From Desulfobacterales bacterium (GTDB taxonomy: Bacteria > Desulfobacterota > Desulfobacteria > Desulfobacterales > UBA5852): a stretch of DNA of 64,000 nucleotides. The position numbers were made by a program, and so were the translations under genes. The notes below the pieces were generated by a model that was not told where the DNA came from, ran no database searches, and saw only the letters and a list, made by a program, of their open reading frames with translations. The stretch's first letter is position 1. Each line of letters begins with the position of its first letter. Location of the stretch: NCBI GenBank assembly GCA_963674755.2, contig CAXXVS010000003.1, positions 2,592,001 through 2,656,000 of the forward strand, written 5' to 3'. Shown in pieces: positions 33,817 to 44,103 of the stretch.

Positions 33817-35970
33817 ATGCGCAAGGAAATTATCGGCATTCTGCTTTTCTTCCTGCTGGTGTTCATCCTAGTCAGCCTGGTTTCCTACCATCCGCAGGAT
33901 CCCTCCTTCAACAATGCCACCTCCGGCCAGACGATCGAAAACCTATTCGGTCTCGTGGGCGCCTATCTGTCCGATGCCCTGATCGGCCTTTTCGGGCTGG
34001 GCGCCTTTTGGGTGCCCCTCCTGCTGTTGTTCCTGAGCATTCAGTTTTTCGCCAGCCGTCCCCCTATCGATTTCGGGTTGACGTCCCTGGGAGGCCTCCT
34101 GTTGATCCTGACCAGCGGGGCCCTGCTGGCGTTTCAGCACAACGACTACATTGTCTTCGGCAACCGCTTCTCATCCGGGGGCTGGATCGGGATTCACCTG
34201 CAAGACGCCCTGGTGCGCTATACCAACCCCACCGGGGCCGGTATCATCCTGGCCATCCTGTGGCTGATCGGATTCATCCTGATGACCGGTTTTTCCCTGC
34301 TGCGCTTCAGCGACCGATGCCGTGGGGCCGTCATGAAAATCGTCGACCGGATCCAAACCGCCTACCTCAAGCGCAAAGAACGCCGCAGCAAGGCCGCCAA
34401 ACGCCAGAACCGGCTCAAGACCCAGAGCGAACACCAGGCGCCGGAGATCAAGATCAAGGCGCCCCAGCCCAAGGTCCTCAAGGCGGCCCCCGCTCCCAAG
34501 CAGGAGGTGTTCGCCTTCATGAAGAAGGAGGGCGGATTCCAGCTGCCGCCGGTAGCCTTCCTGGAAGAACCCGATCACACGCCCACCTCGGCCGATGATG
34601 AGAATCTGCGCATGCTCTCCAAGCTTCTGGAAAAGAAACTCGAGGATTTCAATGTGCACGGCAACGTGGTGGCCGTCTCGCCCGGCCCGGTCATTACGAC
34701 CTTCGAATACGCCCCGGCGGCCGGGGTCAAAATCAACAAGATCGTCACCCTGGCCGACGATCTGGCGCTGACCCTGCGGGCCACCAGTGTGCGCATCGTG
34801 GCCCCGATTCCCGGCAAGGCCGCCATCGGCATCGAGATTCCCAACCAGGAGCGGGAAACGGTTCGCTTCCGCGAAGTGGTGGTTTCACCGGCTTTTGAGA
34901 AATCGCGCTCCAAGCTCACGATTTGCCTGGGCAAGGACATCATCGGCAATCCGGTGGTGGCCGAACTGGAAAAAATGCCCCATTTGCTGATCGCCGGAGC
35001 CACGGGTGCGGGCAAGAGTGTGGCCCTCAATACGATGATCTGCAGCTTCCTCTACAAGGCCAGCCCCGAGGAAGTGAAACTGATCATGGTGGACCCCAAG
35101 CGCATCGAACTGACCATGTATGACGGGATCCCTCATTTGATCACGCCGGTCGTGACCGACGTCAAAAAAGCCACCAATGCCCTTTTCTGGGCCGTGCGCG
35201 AGATGGAGCGCCGCTATGAACTGCTTTCTGAAAAGCGGGTGCGCAACATCGCCCAGTACAATCAGAAAATCGCCAAACTCCCCAAGAAGGAACGCGAAGG
35301 CGAGACACCGCCCGAGAAGCTGCCTCTCATCGTCATCATCATCGACGAGCTGGCCGACCTCATGATGGTGGCCTCCCGGGATGTGGAGGTGGCCCTCACC
35401 CGTCTGGCCCAGATGGCCCGGGCGGCTGGCATTCATCTCATCCTGGCCACCCAGCGGCCTTCGGTGGACGTGCTGACCGGCATCATCAAGGCCAACTTCC
35501 CCACCCGGCTGAGCTTCCAGGTGTCTTCCAAAACCGATTCCCGCACCATTCTGGACACCAACGGGGCCGAAACCCTGCTCGGCAAGGGGGATATGCTCTT
35601 CATGCCCCCCGGGGCCGGCAAATTGCAGCGCATCCACGGGGCCTACATCAGCGAGACGGAACTCAACCAGATCACCGAATTTCTGAAAGCCCAGGGCCAG
35701 CCCGAGTATGACGAAGCCGTAACCGAAGCCGTGCCGGCGGCGGCCGCCGAAGGGGAAGAGACGGAATATGACGAGCGCTACGACGACGCGGTGGCCCTGG
35801 TGACCCAGAACGGACAGGCCTCCATTTCCATGGTACAGCGCCATTTGCGCATTGGCTACAACCGGGCGGCCCGGATCATCGAGGCCATGGAGCGGGAAGG
35901 GATCATCGGTCCGGCCGACGGGGCCAAACCGCGGGAGGTGCTTGTGCGCAACTACGAGGACATGAAGTAG
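33817..35970 (+). CDS. ftsK: DNA translocase FtsK
   Basis: 4TM N-domain, PHLLIAGATGAGKS, IIDELADLMM, ATQRPSVDV, gamma domain QRHLRIGYNRAARII. Confidence 0.97.
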   Translation: MRKEIIGILLFFLLVFILVSLVSYHPQDPSFNNATSGQTIENLFGLVGAYLSDALIGLFGLGAFWVPLLLLFLSIQFFASRPPIDFGLTSLGGLLLILTSGALLAFQHNDYIVFGNRFSSGGWIGIHLQDALVRYTNPTGAGIILAILWLIGFILMTGFSLLRFSDRCRGAVMKIVDRIQTAYLKRKERRSKAAKRQNRLKTQSEHQAPEIKIKAPQPKVLKAAPAPKQEVFAFMKKEGGFQLPPVAFLEEPDHTPTSADDENLRMLSKLLEKKLEDFNVHGNVVAVSPGPVITTFEYAPAAGVKINKIVTLADDLALTLRATSVRIVAPIPGKAAIGIEIPNQERETVRFREVVVSPAFEKSRSKLTICLGKDIIGNPVVAELEKMPHLLIAGATGAGKSVALNTMICSFLYKASPEEVKLIMVDPKRIELTMYDGIPHLITPVVTDVKKATNALFWAVREMERRYELLSEKRVRNIAQYNQKIAKLPKKEREGETPPEKLPLIVIIIDELADLMMVASRDVEVALTRLAQMARAAGIHLILATQRPSVDVLTGIIKANFPTRLSFQVSSKTDSRTILDTNGAETLLGKGDMLFMPPGAGKLQRIHGAYISETELNQITEFLKAQGQPEYDEAVTEAVPAAAAEGEETEYDERYDDAVALVTQNGQASISMVQRHLRIGYNRAARIIEAMEREGIIGPADGAKPREVLVRNYEDMK

Positions 35971-36112
35971 AAGCAACCTCAAAAAAGTCTTTTCGCCCGA
36001 TATCTACGTTGAGGGCTCGTCGCAAGTCCTCGGCATACGAATGTATGCCTGCGGGTTGCACCGAGCCCTCGCCTTGATCTCGAACGAAAATCCAGATTTT
36101 GAGGTTACTTCT
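35969..36112. repeat. ~145-bp nested palindromic element (MITE/REP-like)
   Basis: Terminal IR AGAAGCAACCTCAAAA/TTTTGAGGTTACTTCT (15/16), inner stems TTTTCG/CGAAAA and GAGGGCTCG/CGAGCCCTC, apical GGCATAC-GAAT-GTATGCC. Confidence 0.75.
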
Positions 36113-36209
36113 TCAGGCAATTAAATTTTCATTGGTATTGGTGTGCAGAGTATGCTTGCCGTGCCCCCGATTTTGCGGTGCGGAATACCTATAAATGAGG
36201 TGAGTCGTC

Positions 36210-36863
36210 TTGCTGCCGATGTTGGACACGGCGCTGATCGCGCGGACTAAAGGTTTTCTTGACGAAGAAGAGGGGGGCAAGCTCTACGAGCTCGCCCGGG
36301 AAGTTTCCGGTCGAGGGCCCTGTCTGGAGATTGGGAGCTATTGTGGAAAATCCTCGCTTTACCTGGGCGCGGGCTGCAGGACCAGGGGCGGCATCCTGTT
36401 TTCCATCGACCACCACCAGGGCAATGAGGAACAGCAGCCCGGGGAAGCCTATTGCGATCCCGAGCTCATCGACCCCCGCACCGGCCGCATCAACACCTTG
36501 GATGACTTCCGGCGCACCATCGAAGAGGCTGCCCTGGAGGAAACGGTGGTGCCCGTCGTGAGCCGCTCCCGGACGGTGGCGCGGCACTGGGCCACCCCTT
36601 TGGGCCTGGTGTTCATCGACGGCGGCCACACCTTCGAAGCGGCCTTTAGCGATTATAACGCCTGGGCGGGCCATGTTCTCCCAGGCGGTTACCTTTTGAT
36701 TCACGATATCTTTTTCGACCCGGCCGAGGGCGGTCAGGCGCCCCGTCATATCTACGACCTGGCCTGCCGTTCGGGATTGTTCGACGACCTGGGTGTGTTA
36801 AAAACCCTCGCTGTTTTAAGACGCCGCGACGGTTCCCAATTGCCCGCCGGCCTGCCGACCTGA
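36210..36863 (+). CDS. Class I SAM-dependent methyltransferase (Methyltransf_24-like)
   Basis: LEIGSYCGKS, SIDHH, FIDGGH, GGYLLIHD. Start could be 36219. Confidence 0.88.
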   Translation: MLPMLDTALIARTKGFLDEEEGGKLYELAREVSGRGPCLEIGSYCGKSSLYLGAGCRTRGGILFSIDHHQGNEEQQPGEAYCDPELIDPRTGRINTLDDFRRTIEEAALEETVVPVVSRSRTVARHWATPLGLVFIDGGHTFEAAFSDYNAWAGHVLPGGYLLIHDIFFDPAEGGQAPRHIYDLACRSGLFDDLGVLKTLAVLRRRDGSQLPAGLPT

Positions 36864-36868
36864 GAATC

Positions 36869-37734
36869 CTACGCCTTGTTCGATCGCCGCCAGATTTTCA
36901 TTTTCTCCGCTTCCCGGATCAATTCGTCGCGAAAGTCCGGGTGGGCAATCTGGATCAGTTTTTCGGCCCGCATCCAGGTGGGGCAGGCCGTCATGCGGGC
37001 GGCGCCGTACTCCGTGACGATATAGTCCACCATCTGGCGCGGGATGGTCACGGCCGTGCCTTCCGGGAAGCGCGGCAGAATGCGCGACTGCACCACACCT
37101 TCCGCATCGGTGAAGGTCGAACTCAGGCAAATAAAACTTTTGCCGCCCCTGGACCAGGTTGCACCCAGAACGAAATCCCACATGCCGCCGTTGCCCGAGA
37201 TCTGGCTGCCGGCCCGGTTTTCGGCATTGACCTGACTGAGCAGATCGACCTGGACCGCATTGCAGATGCTGATCATGTTGTCGTTGCGGCAGATGACGCG
37301 CGGATCGTTGGTGTAATCCACGTTGTAGGCTGCCAGGGCCGGGTTGTTGTCCATGTGGTGCGGGCATGGTCCCAGGAGCGATAACGCCGTCCGGTGCCCA
37401 AATCACGGTAGTAGGACGGGGCGCGGTGGTACTGGATGGGGGCATAATAGGCCGGGGCCACCTGTTCGTGCATGATGCGCGTCAGTTTGCTCCAGTGCCA
37501 ATCCATGTAGATAAAACTTTCCGGATAGTTGATGACGGCCGGTATGGGGGGGACGGAGACGGCCGTGTAGATGCTCACATCCCGGAGTTCAGGGGACCGC
37601 CGGGCCAGCGCCAGGTCGCAGACCACCGGCTTGCCGTTGAAGAAGCCGTAGTCGACGACATCGCCGGAGGCCACAGCCTGCACCGCCACGTCGGCCGAGA
37701 CGCGCCGACGGGCGTAATCTTGAGTGTAATCCAT
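36869..37734 (-). pseudogene. Acetyl-CoA hydrolase / 4-hydroxybutyrate-type CoA-transferase with internal deletion and frameshift
   Basis: Family N-terminus (MDYTQDYARRRVSADVAVQAVASGD) and C-terminus (QISGNGGMWDF, YIVTEYG, IAHPDFRDEL) are in different frames, joined at ~37355. The central LQLGIG...HTE region is absent. Confidence 0.82.
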
Positions 37735-37894
37735 GGTATGCTCCTTAGGTGTCCGTCCCGAGATGGCATCTTTGAGCCCCTGGCCCGCCGCCGGTAAACC
37801 AATCCACCTTTGGCGGACAAGCCGTCGTTTTCGCCTCCTGTCGGTTTTCGGCGTAGCCGGGCGACGCCGGCGGGCACTAGTCCGCTACGGTTTG

Positions 37895-37914
37895 TTGAAC
37901 ACCGATGTGTTCAA
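37895..37914. promoter_or_regulatory. Perfect palindrome, candidate operator
   Basis: TTGAACAC-CGAT-GTGTTCAA, 160 bp upstream of the CoA-transferase start. Confidence 0.55.
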
Positions 37915-38129
37915 AAATCAGATGTGAAATCCCGCGTTCTGCGGCGGGGCCAGGAACCAAAAGCTACCATCTCTGGACGTGCACGATGTATGATGAAAGG
38001 CGATCGAGAAAAGCTTTTTAGTGTTTACTCAGGTTAAAATCAAGCCTTATTTGAGAGGGGTGAGGGCGGGCTGTGAAGGGCGTCCGTTCAGTGGCGTTAT
38101 CTCTTGAAGATGCAACCGGCCGGGGTATT

Positions 38130-38843
38130 TCAGCAGGGCTTGCGGAAATAGAGGACCAGGCTTTTGCCGAGGATCGGGTTGAGGAAGCGGTCGAGATGCC
38201 GTGTCAGGGGCGGGTGCTGCAGGATGTCCCAGGTCAGAAAACGGTGGTAGAGGTTGACGACCCGGGAATCTTTCCGGGTCGGTCCCACCAGGCATTTGAG
38301 CCACCAATAGGGGGAATGCAGACTGTGGGCATAGTGGATCCGGTAAAGCGTCAGACCGGTCCCCTGGATCATGCGAACCAGGGCGTTTTTGCGATAGATG
38401 CGCACATGGCCCTGGTTGGCCTGGTGGTATTCAGCGGACAGGGCCCAGCAGATGCGCTCCGGGAAATAGCGGGGCACGCTGACCACCAGGTGCCCGCCGG
38501 GCTTTAAAACACGGACCAGTTCCGCGAGAGCCCGGTCGTGGTCGGGAATGTGCTCCATGACTTCGCTGCAGACGACGGCCTGGAAATGGCTGTCCCCAAA
38601 CGGCAGGCGGCGCACATCGGCCGCCGACAGACACCAGCAACCGCCGCCGTGCTCGCCCAGCCGGTCATGGAATTCGAGGCGCTGGCGGGCCTGCATAAGA
38701 TCTTCGCTATTGAGATCCGCCCCCACGGCCACGATGCCTTCCAGGCGATAGGCCTCGGCCGTATGGCGCCCGTTGCCGCAGCCGATGTCGAGCACGTGCT
38801 GCCCGGGTTTTAGGTTCAGACGCTTAAGATCGGCGGTGATCAT
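38130..38843 (-). CDS. Class I SAM-dependent methyltransferase
   Basis: VLDIGCGNGRH, LPFGDSHF, SEVMEHI, RVLKPGG; start MITADL overlaps the GT end. Confidence 0.9.
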   Translation of the reverse strand: MITADLKRLNLKPGQHVLDIGCGNGRHTAEAYRLEGIVAVGADLNSEDLMQARQRLEFHDRLGEHGGGCWCLSAADVRRLPFGDSHFQAVVCSEVMEHIPDHDRALAELVRVLKPGGHLVVSVPRYFPERICWALSAEYHQANQGHVRIYRKNALVRMIQGTGLTLYRIHYAHSLHSPYWWLKCLVGPTRKDSRVVNLYHRFLTWDILQHPPLTRHLDRFLNPILGKSLVLYFRKPC

Positions 38844-40071
38844 CGATGACCTCCCGATAGGCCGCCACCGTTTTCTCGGCCGCCCGCCGCCAGGTGAAAT
38901 GGGTCTGCACCCGTTCATAGCCCTGCTGCCCGATGGCGGCCGCCTTGGCGGGATTGTCGAGCAGATCCTGGATGGCGGCGGCCAGGGCTCCGGCATCCCG
39001 GGGCGGTACCAGGACGCCGGCTTCGCCCACCACTTCCGGCAGGGCACCGCCGGTGGTGGCGATCACCGGCACCCCGCAGGCCATGGCTTCGCCCGCCGGC
39101 AGGCCGAAACCCTCGTAGACCGAAGGCACCACCGCGATCCGGGCGCGGGCGTACTGGCGTATGAAAGCGGCGTGACTGATCCGTCCGGTGAAGGTCACCT
39201 GGGGCGCCAGATCCAGATGCCGTACCATCCGGGCGATGGTGCCGTTGGGTTTGGGCTGGCCGATGACCACCAGCCGAATCGGCCGCTGGCGGCGCAAGCG
39301 GGCGACAGCCTGCAGCAGGTAGGTCAGGCCCTTGAGAGGGGTATCGGCACTGTTGGTGACGATGATCCGGTTGTCGTCCCGGGGGACATCGGACAAGGGG
39401 TGAAAAAGAGCCGTATCGATGCCGTTGGGGACGATTCGAAACCGTTCGCGGGGAATGCCGAAATCACGGCTGATGTCGTCCCGGGCACATTTCGAAACGG
39501 TTAAAACATGGGAAAGCGTCCGGGCCACGCGTTTTTGCATGTGAATGAAAGAGTACCAGCGCAGCTGTTTGAGTTTGCGCCAGAAGCGGGTTTCCGCCTG
39601 AACCGCGATGTGGCGATCCACCGTGATGGGGTGATGGATGGTGGCCAGGGTGGGCAGCCGGCGGCTCACCGCCCAGAGACCATAAGAGAGGCTCTGGTTG
39701 TCGTGAATGACATCATAGCGGTGGCCGTTGTGCTGCAGGAAACGAAAGGCCTGGAAGCCGAACAGGAAGGGCTCCGGGAAGCCCATGGTGGAGACATTCA
39801 CCCATTCGTAGAGGTTTGGCAGCCGCTGCAATTCGTGAAGCCGGGGCAAGCGGAAGGGGTCGGCCGGGTTATAGAGATCCAGGGACGGTACCCGGTGCAC
39901 CGCAATGGCGGCGTCCAGCTGGGGATCCGGCGGCCCCGAGAGCACTTCCACATGGTGGCCCAGGTCCAGCAGGGACCGGCTCAAATGGTCGAGGTAAACC
40001 CCTTGGCCGCCGCAGTGGGGGTTGCTGCGGTAGGAGAGAAGACAAATGCGGAGCGGTCGCGGCATGATCAT
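38824..40071 (-). CDS. Glycosyltransferase family 4 (GT-B)
   Basis: SYRSNPHCGGQG, IVPNGID, PLKG, YEGFGLPAGEAMACG, GGALPEVVG. Confidence 0.92.
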   Translation of the reverse strand: MIMPRPLRICLLSYRSNPHCGGQGVYLDHLSRSLLDLGHHVEVLSGPPDPQLDAAIAVHRVPSLDLYNPADPFRLPRLHELQRLPNLYEWVNVSTMGFPEPFLFGFQAFRFLQHNGHRYDVIHDNQSLSYGLWAVSRRLPTLATIHHPITVDRHIAVQAETRFWRKLKQLRWYSFIHMQKRVARTLSHVLTVSKCARDDISRDFGIPRERFRIVPNGIDTALFHPLSDVPRDDNRIIVTNSADTPLKGLTYLLQAVARLRRQRPIRLVVIGQPKPNGTIARMVRHLDLAPQVTFTGRISHAAFIRQYARARIAVVPSVYEGFGLPAGEAMACGVPVIATTGGALPEVVGEAGVLVPPRDAGALAAAIQDLLDNPAKAAAIGQQGYERVQTHFTWRRAAEKTVAAYREVIDDHRRS

Positions 40072-40402
40072 CCGGGTTTATTGACAACGCGAAGGGCGAT
40101 ACGCATCGCGGTCGGGGTCAAATCGAGCAGGCCGTCTTCCGCCTCCCGAAAACAAGCGCGCAGATTAGCGCCATAGGGGCACCGGGTCAAGGGGTTTCTC
40201 CAGCGATGGAAGCGGCATCATCCGGTGGTTGAATCTCGCGTCTTCCGAGGCTATGATCGGCCGCTAAACCGGCGGCGCTGATTCGGATGGGCCGGCTTGG
40301 GTGCCTCCTCTGCAAATGGCGCGTTTCACCGGCAGCGGTCTGCCAATGGTAGGCGATTTGTGGTTAGACCGCGTTTTTACCTCAGGGAAACGAGATGGAA
40401 CG

Positions 40403-42370
40403 ATGACGAAACTCTCTTCCAAGACGCAGTTCCGGCTGGGCTCCGGACTGATTCTGTTTATGTTTTGTCTGGCGGTGTCGCTGGTGGTCTACCGCGTCGG
40501 CAAGGAGGAGGCCGAGCAGCGCGTCTTCCGGGAAACGGAGATTTACATCGCGGCCGTGGACGCCACGCGCACCTATGTCAAGGATGTCCTGCGACCGCGC
40601 ATGTACGGCCTTATTCCCGAAGACGACTTTGTGGTCGAAGCCATGTCCACTTCTTTCGTGGGGCGTGAAGTGATGCACCGCGTCAACGATCGCTTCCGGA
40701 ATTTCCAGTACAAACGGGCCGCCCTGATTCCCATCAACCCGGAGAGCAAGGCGGACGCCCTGGAAGCGGATTTTATCCAACGCTTCAATGCGGATCCGAA
40801 CCTGCGGGAGTGGTCCGGCTTGATCGAAAAGGACGGGCGCAACTACTATGCCCGTCTGCGGGCCATTTACGCCGAGCGGGAGTGCCTGCGCTGCCATGGC
40901 GATCCGGATGACATTCCCCAGCCCATCGTGGATCTCTACGGGTCCAATCCGGCCCGCCAAGCCTATGATCTCGGGCAGGTGGTGGGGGCGGACATCGTTT
41001 ATATCCCGGTGGACGTGACCTTCGGGCGCATCAAGCGGCTGGCCTGGGTGGCCTTTGTGATCGGGGCCGGCTGCCTGTGCTGCCTGGTGGTGCTGTTTTA
41101 CACGCTTTTCAACCACACGGTGATTTCCGAGCTGAAGGGGCTGCTGGAGACCTTCAAGGGCATTGCCGGGCCGCCCAAGGACCTGGAGCGGCTCAATCCC
41201 CGGCCGCCCGGCCAAACCGACGAATTCGAGCAGCTGAAAACGGCTTTCCAGGAGGCGGCCACCGATTTGAAGACCACCCACGACGAATTGACGGCGTCCG
41301 AGACCAAGTATCGGCAGTTGTTCGAAGCCTCGCGGGATCCGATCCTTATCTGCGATGACGCCGGCGGCATCCGGGACATCAATGCCGCCGGTCTGCAGTT
41401 GTTGGGGTTTGAGGATCGCTACACGGCCCGCCGCACCGGCCGGGTGGCGGACCTGTGCCAGGACCCTTCGGCGGCCTGGCGTTTGCTGGCAGAAGTGGAG
41501 CGGGCGGGCTTCATCAAGGAATACGAAGCCGCTCTCGTGACCGCCCGGGGAGGAACGATCGATGCGTTGCTGACCGTCAACCGGACGACGGCTGCGGATG
41601 AATCCCCCCGGTACGAGGTCTATATCCGCGATATCACCCTGCGCAAGCGTATGGAAAAGCAGATGGCCCGGACGGAAAAAATGGCCTCGATCGGACAACT
41701 GGCCGCCGGGGTGGCCCATGAAATCAATAATCCCCTGAGCGTCATCAGTTGCTATGCCAACCTGATCGATAAAAGCGGCGAGGCCTCGGACGCTGTTCAC
41801 GCGGACCTGGAAAAGATCAAGAAACATACCCTGAGCTGCAAGCGGATCGTCGATTCGTTGCTCAATTTCGCCCGGGTCTCGGAAACCCGCCGCCGCATGG
41901 CGGACGTGAGGTCCGCGCTGGAGTCCGTATTGACGATTCTCGAACAGCAGATGGGCAAGCGACAGGTCGGGATCAGCCGGACCTATGCGGACGAATTGCC
42001 CGTGGTGTCCATCGACGAGGACAAGATGGCGCAGGTCTACATGAACATTCTGCTCAATGCCGTCCAGGCCATCGACGGGGAAGGGGCGGTTGCGATTGCC
42101 ACCGCCTATGATCGGGCCTCCGACATGGTTCGCATTACCATCACGGATACGGGCGCCGGCATCGATACGGCTCATCTCGATAAAATTTTTGACCCCTTCT
42201 TTACCACCAAGAAGGACCAGGAAGGCACGGGGCTCGGGCTTTCGGTCAGCTACGGCATTGTCAAAGAGCACGACGGGGATATCCTGGTGGACAGCCGCCC
42301 GGGCCGGGGCAGTGTTTTCACGATCGTGCTGCCCGCTGTCCATGGGAGTGAATCGGGAGGTGAGGTGTGA
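40403..42370 (+). CDS. Sensor histidine kinase with periplasmic heme-c (DUF3365-like) domain, PAS, HisKA, HATPase
   Basis: Two TMs flanking CLRCH, PAS, AAGVAHEINNPL, NAVQA, DTGAG, PFFTTK, GTGLGL. Confidence 0.92.
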   Translation: MTKLSSKTQFRLGSGLILFMFCLAVSLVVYRVGKEEAEQRVFRETEIYIAAVDATRTYVKDVLRPRMYGLIPEDDFVVEAMSTSFVGREVMHRVNDRFRNFQYKRAALIPINPESKADALEADFIQRFNADPNLREWSGLIEKDGRNYYARLRAIYAERECLRCHGDPDDIPQPIVDLYGSNPARQAYDLGQVVGADIVYIPVDVTFGRIKRLAWVAFVIGAGCLCCLVVLFYTLFNHTVISELKGLLETFKGIAGPPKDLERLNPRPPGQTDEFEQLKTAFQEAATDLKTTHDELTASETKYRQLFEASRDPILICDDAGGIRDINAAGLQLLGFEDRYTARRTGRVADLCQDPSAAWRLLAEVERAGFIKEYEAALVTARGGTIDALLTVNRTTAADESPRYEVYIRDITLRKRMEKQMARTEKMASIGQLAAGVAHEINNPLSVISCYANLIDKSGEASDAVHADLEKIKKHTLSCKRIVDSLLNFARVSETRRRMADVRSALESVLTILEQQMGKRQVGISRTYADELPVVSIDEDKMAQVYMNILLNAVQAIDGEGAVAIATAYDRASDMVRITITDTGAGIDTAHLDKIFDPFFTTKKDQEGTGLGLSVSYGIVKEHDGDILVDSRPGRGSVFTIVLPAVHGSESGGEV

Positions 42371-43767
42371 GGGACTGCATTCTGGTGGTGGATGACGAAA
42401 AAGATCTCTTGGACGGACTGCGGCGGACCATCGAACTGGAAATGGACTGCCGCGTGCTGGCGGCCGGAAGCGCCCGGGAAGCGCTCGCCATCCTCAAGCG
42501 GGAGCATGTGGATGTGGTCCTGGCGGATATCCGCATGCCGGGCATGGACGGGATGGCCTTGGCGCGTGCGATTCAACAGCAGGATGCCCTGATTACGGTG
42601 ATCCTGATGACGGCCTATGGCACCATCGAGCAGGCCGTAGAGGCGATCAAGGAGGGGGCCTACGACTTTATCCGCAAGCCCTTCGACGAGCAGGATCTGA
42701 TGCGACTGCTGCGCAAAGCCCTGGAGCGCAACCGCCTGTTGCGGGAAAACGTCCGTCTTCAGGAGGCGGTCACTCGCACCGGGCCGCTCCACAAAATGAT
42801 CGGCACGGGCATGAAGATGCAACAGGTTTTTGCCGCCATCCAGATGCTGGCCCGCTCGGACGTGACCGTTCTTCTGCTGGGCGAAAGCGGCACCGGCAAG
42901 GAAATGGCCGCCCGGGCCATTCATGCCTTGAGCCAGCGCAGCGGGCGGGAAATGGTGGTGGTCAACTGTCCGGCGCTGCCGGAATCCATTCTGGAAAGCG
43001 AGCTCTTCGGCTATCGCCAGGGCGCCTTTACGAATGCCGCCCGGGACAAGAAAGGCCTCTTCGAAGAAGCCATCGGGAGCACGATTCTGCTCGATGAAAT
43101 CGGCGATCTGTCCATGGGCCTGCAGACCAAATTGCTGCGGGTGCTGCAGGAGAAAGAGATCAAGCCGCTGGGGTCCACCCGCACGCGCCGGGTGGATGTA
43201 CGCATCATCGCTTCCACCAACCGCGATCTGGCCGCCCGGCTCAGGGAGGGCGCCTTCCGGGAGGATCTTTACTACCGCCTCAATGTGGCCACCCTGACCC
43301 TGCCGCCGCTGCGGGAACGCCGGGAGGATCTGCCCCTGCTGATGGAACATTTCCTGGGAAAAGCCGCCCAGGAACAGGGGGTGCTCCCCAAAGTCCTGTC
43401 CCCCGAAGCCCGCGAAAGCCTGATGCGGCGGCAATGGGCGGGCAATATCCGGGAACTTGAAAACGTCATTCGCGGTATGACCGCCCTGGCGCCCCGATCG
43501 GAAATCGGGCGCGAGCATCTGCCCGAGGAGGCCACCCAACCGGACATCTGCAAAGGGGAAATGGACCTGGCGCGTCCTTACAAGACGCTCAAGGAAGAAG
43601 TGCTGGAACGCTTCACCACCACCTATGTGGTCCAACTGCTCCAGGAAACCCACGGCAATGTCAGCCTGGCCGCCCAGATCAGCGGTATCCAGCGCCAGTC
43701 CCTGCAAAAAATATTCAAGCGCTACAATATCTCCCCGGACAGTTTTCGATCCCGTCCTCAGTGCTGA
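42367..43767 (+). CDS. Sigma54-dependent NtrC-family response regulator
   Basis: REC ([14 protein letters not shown]), [21 protein letters not shown], Fis HTH; overlaps the kinase stop. Confidence 0.95.
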   Translation: MRDCILVVDDEKDLLDGLRRTIELEMDCRVLAAGSAREALAILKREHVDVVLADIRMPGMDGMALARAIQQQDALITVILMTAYGTIEQAVEAIKEGAYDFIRKPFDEQDLMRLLRKALERNRLLRENVRLQEAVTRTGPLHKMIGTGMKMQQVFAAIQMLARSDVTVLLLGESGTGKEMAARAIHALSQRSGREMVVVNCPALPESILESELFGYRQGAFTNAARDKKGLFEEAIGSTILLDEIGDLSMGLQTKLLRVLQEKEIKPLGSTRTRRVDVRIIASTNRDLAARLREGAFREDLYYRLNVATLTLPPLRERREDLPLLMEHFLGKAAQEQGVLPKVLSPEARESLMRRQWAGNIRELENVIRGMTALAPRSEIGREHLPEEATQPDICKGEMDLARPYKTLKEEVLERFTTTYVVQLLQETHGNVSLAAQISGIQRQSLQKIFKRYNISPDSFRSRPQC

Positions 43768-43780
43768 CAGCATGGTCTAT

Positions 43781-43918
43781 TGGCAACGGCGGTTGGCATT
43801 GACACCTCAAGTTGCCACTCCTCTGTCCATCCTCATAAGCTATATTTCTATCCGTAATTTAAAGAAAAAACGATTTTCAGCTGAAATTTTCGTGCGAGAG
43901 CGACACCTTTAGTTGTCA
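43781..43918. promoter_or_regulatory. Three 18-bp candidate enhancer sites TGNCAMC-N4-GTTGNCA
   Basis: TGGCAACGGCGGTTGGCA (43781), TGACACCTCAAGTTGCCA (43800), CGACACCTTTAGTTGTCA (43901). Confidence 0.65.
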
Positions 43919-43990
43919 CTGGGGCGATCGGCATCGGTGGTGATGTTATAAAAAATGAATCATATCGAATAGTTATATTTATAGAGGGGC

Positions 43991-44005
43991 TGGCACGGTA
44001 TTTGT
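43991..44005 (+). promoter_or_regulatory. Sigma54 -24/-12 promoter of the YeiH operon
   Basis: TGGCACGGTATTTGT = GG-N10-GT. Confidence 0.8.
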
Positions 44006-44103
44006 TAGATCGCTCACCGGTTATTCGGTGGCCGGCGCCATCGGTTCGGCCTTTTCGGTATTGTGCCATATTCACCCCCAATGTTCTTTAAGGAGGATTG
44101 CTC

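Noticed and set aside
35969..36112. tRNA or simple terminator interpretation of the post-ftsK hairpin
   Set aside because: No cloverleaf, T-loop or CCA; a rod of ~145 nt is too long for a plain terminator.
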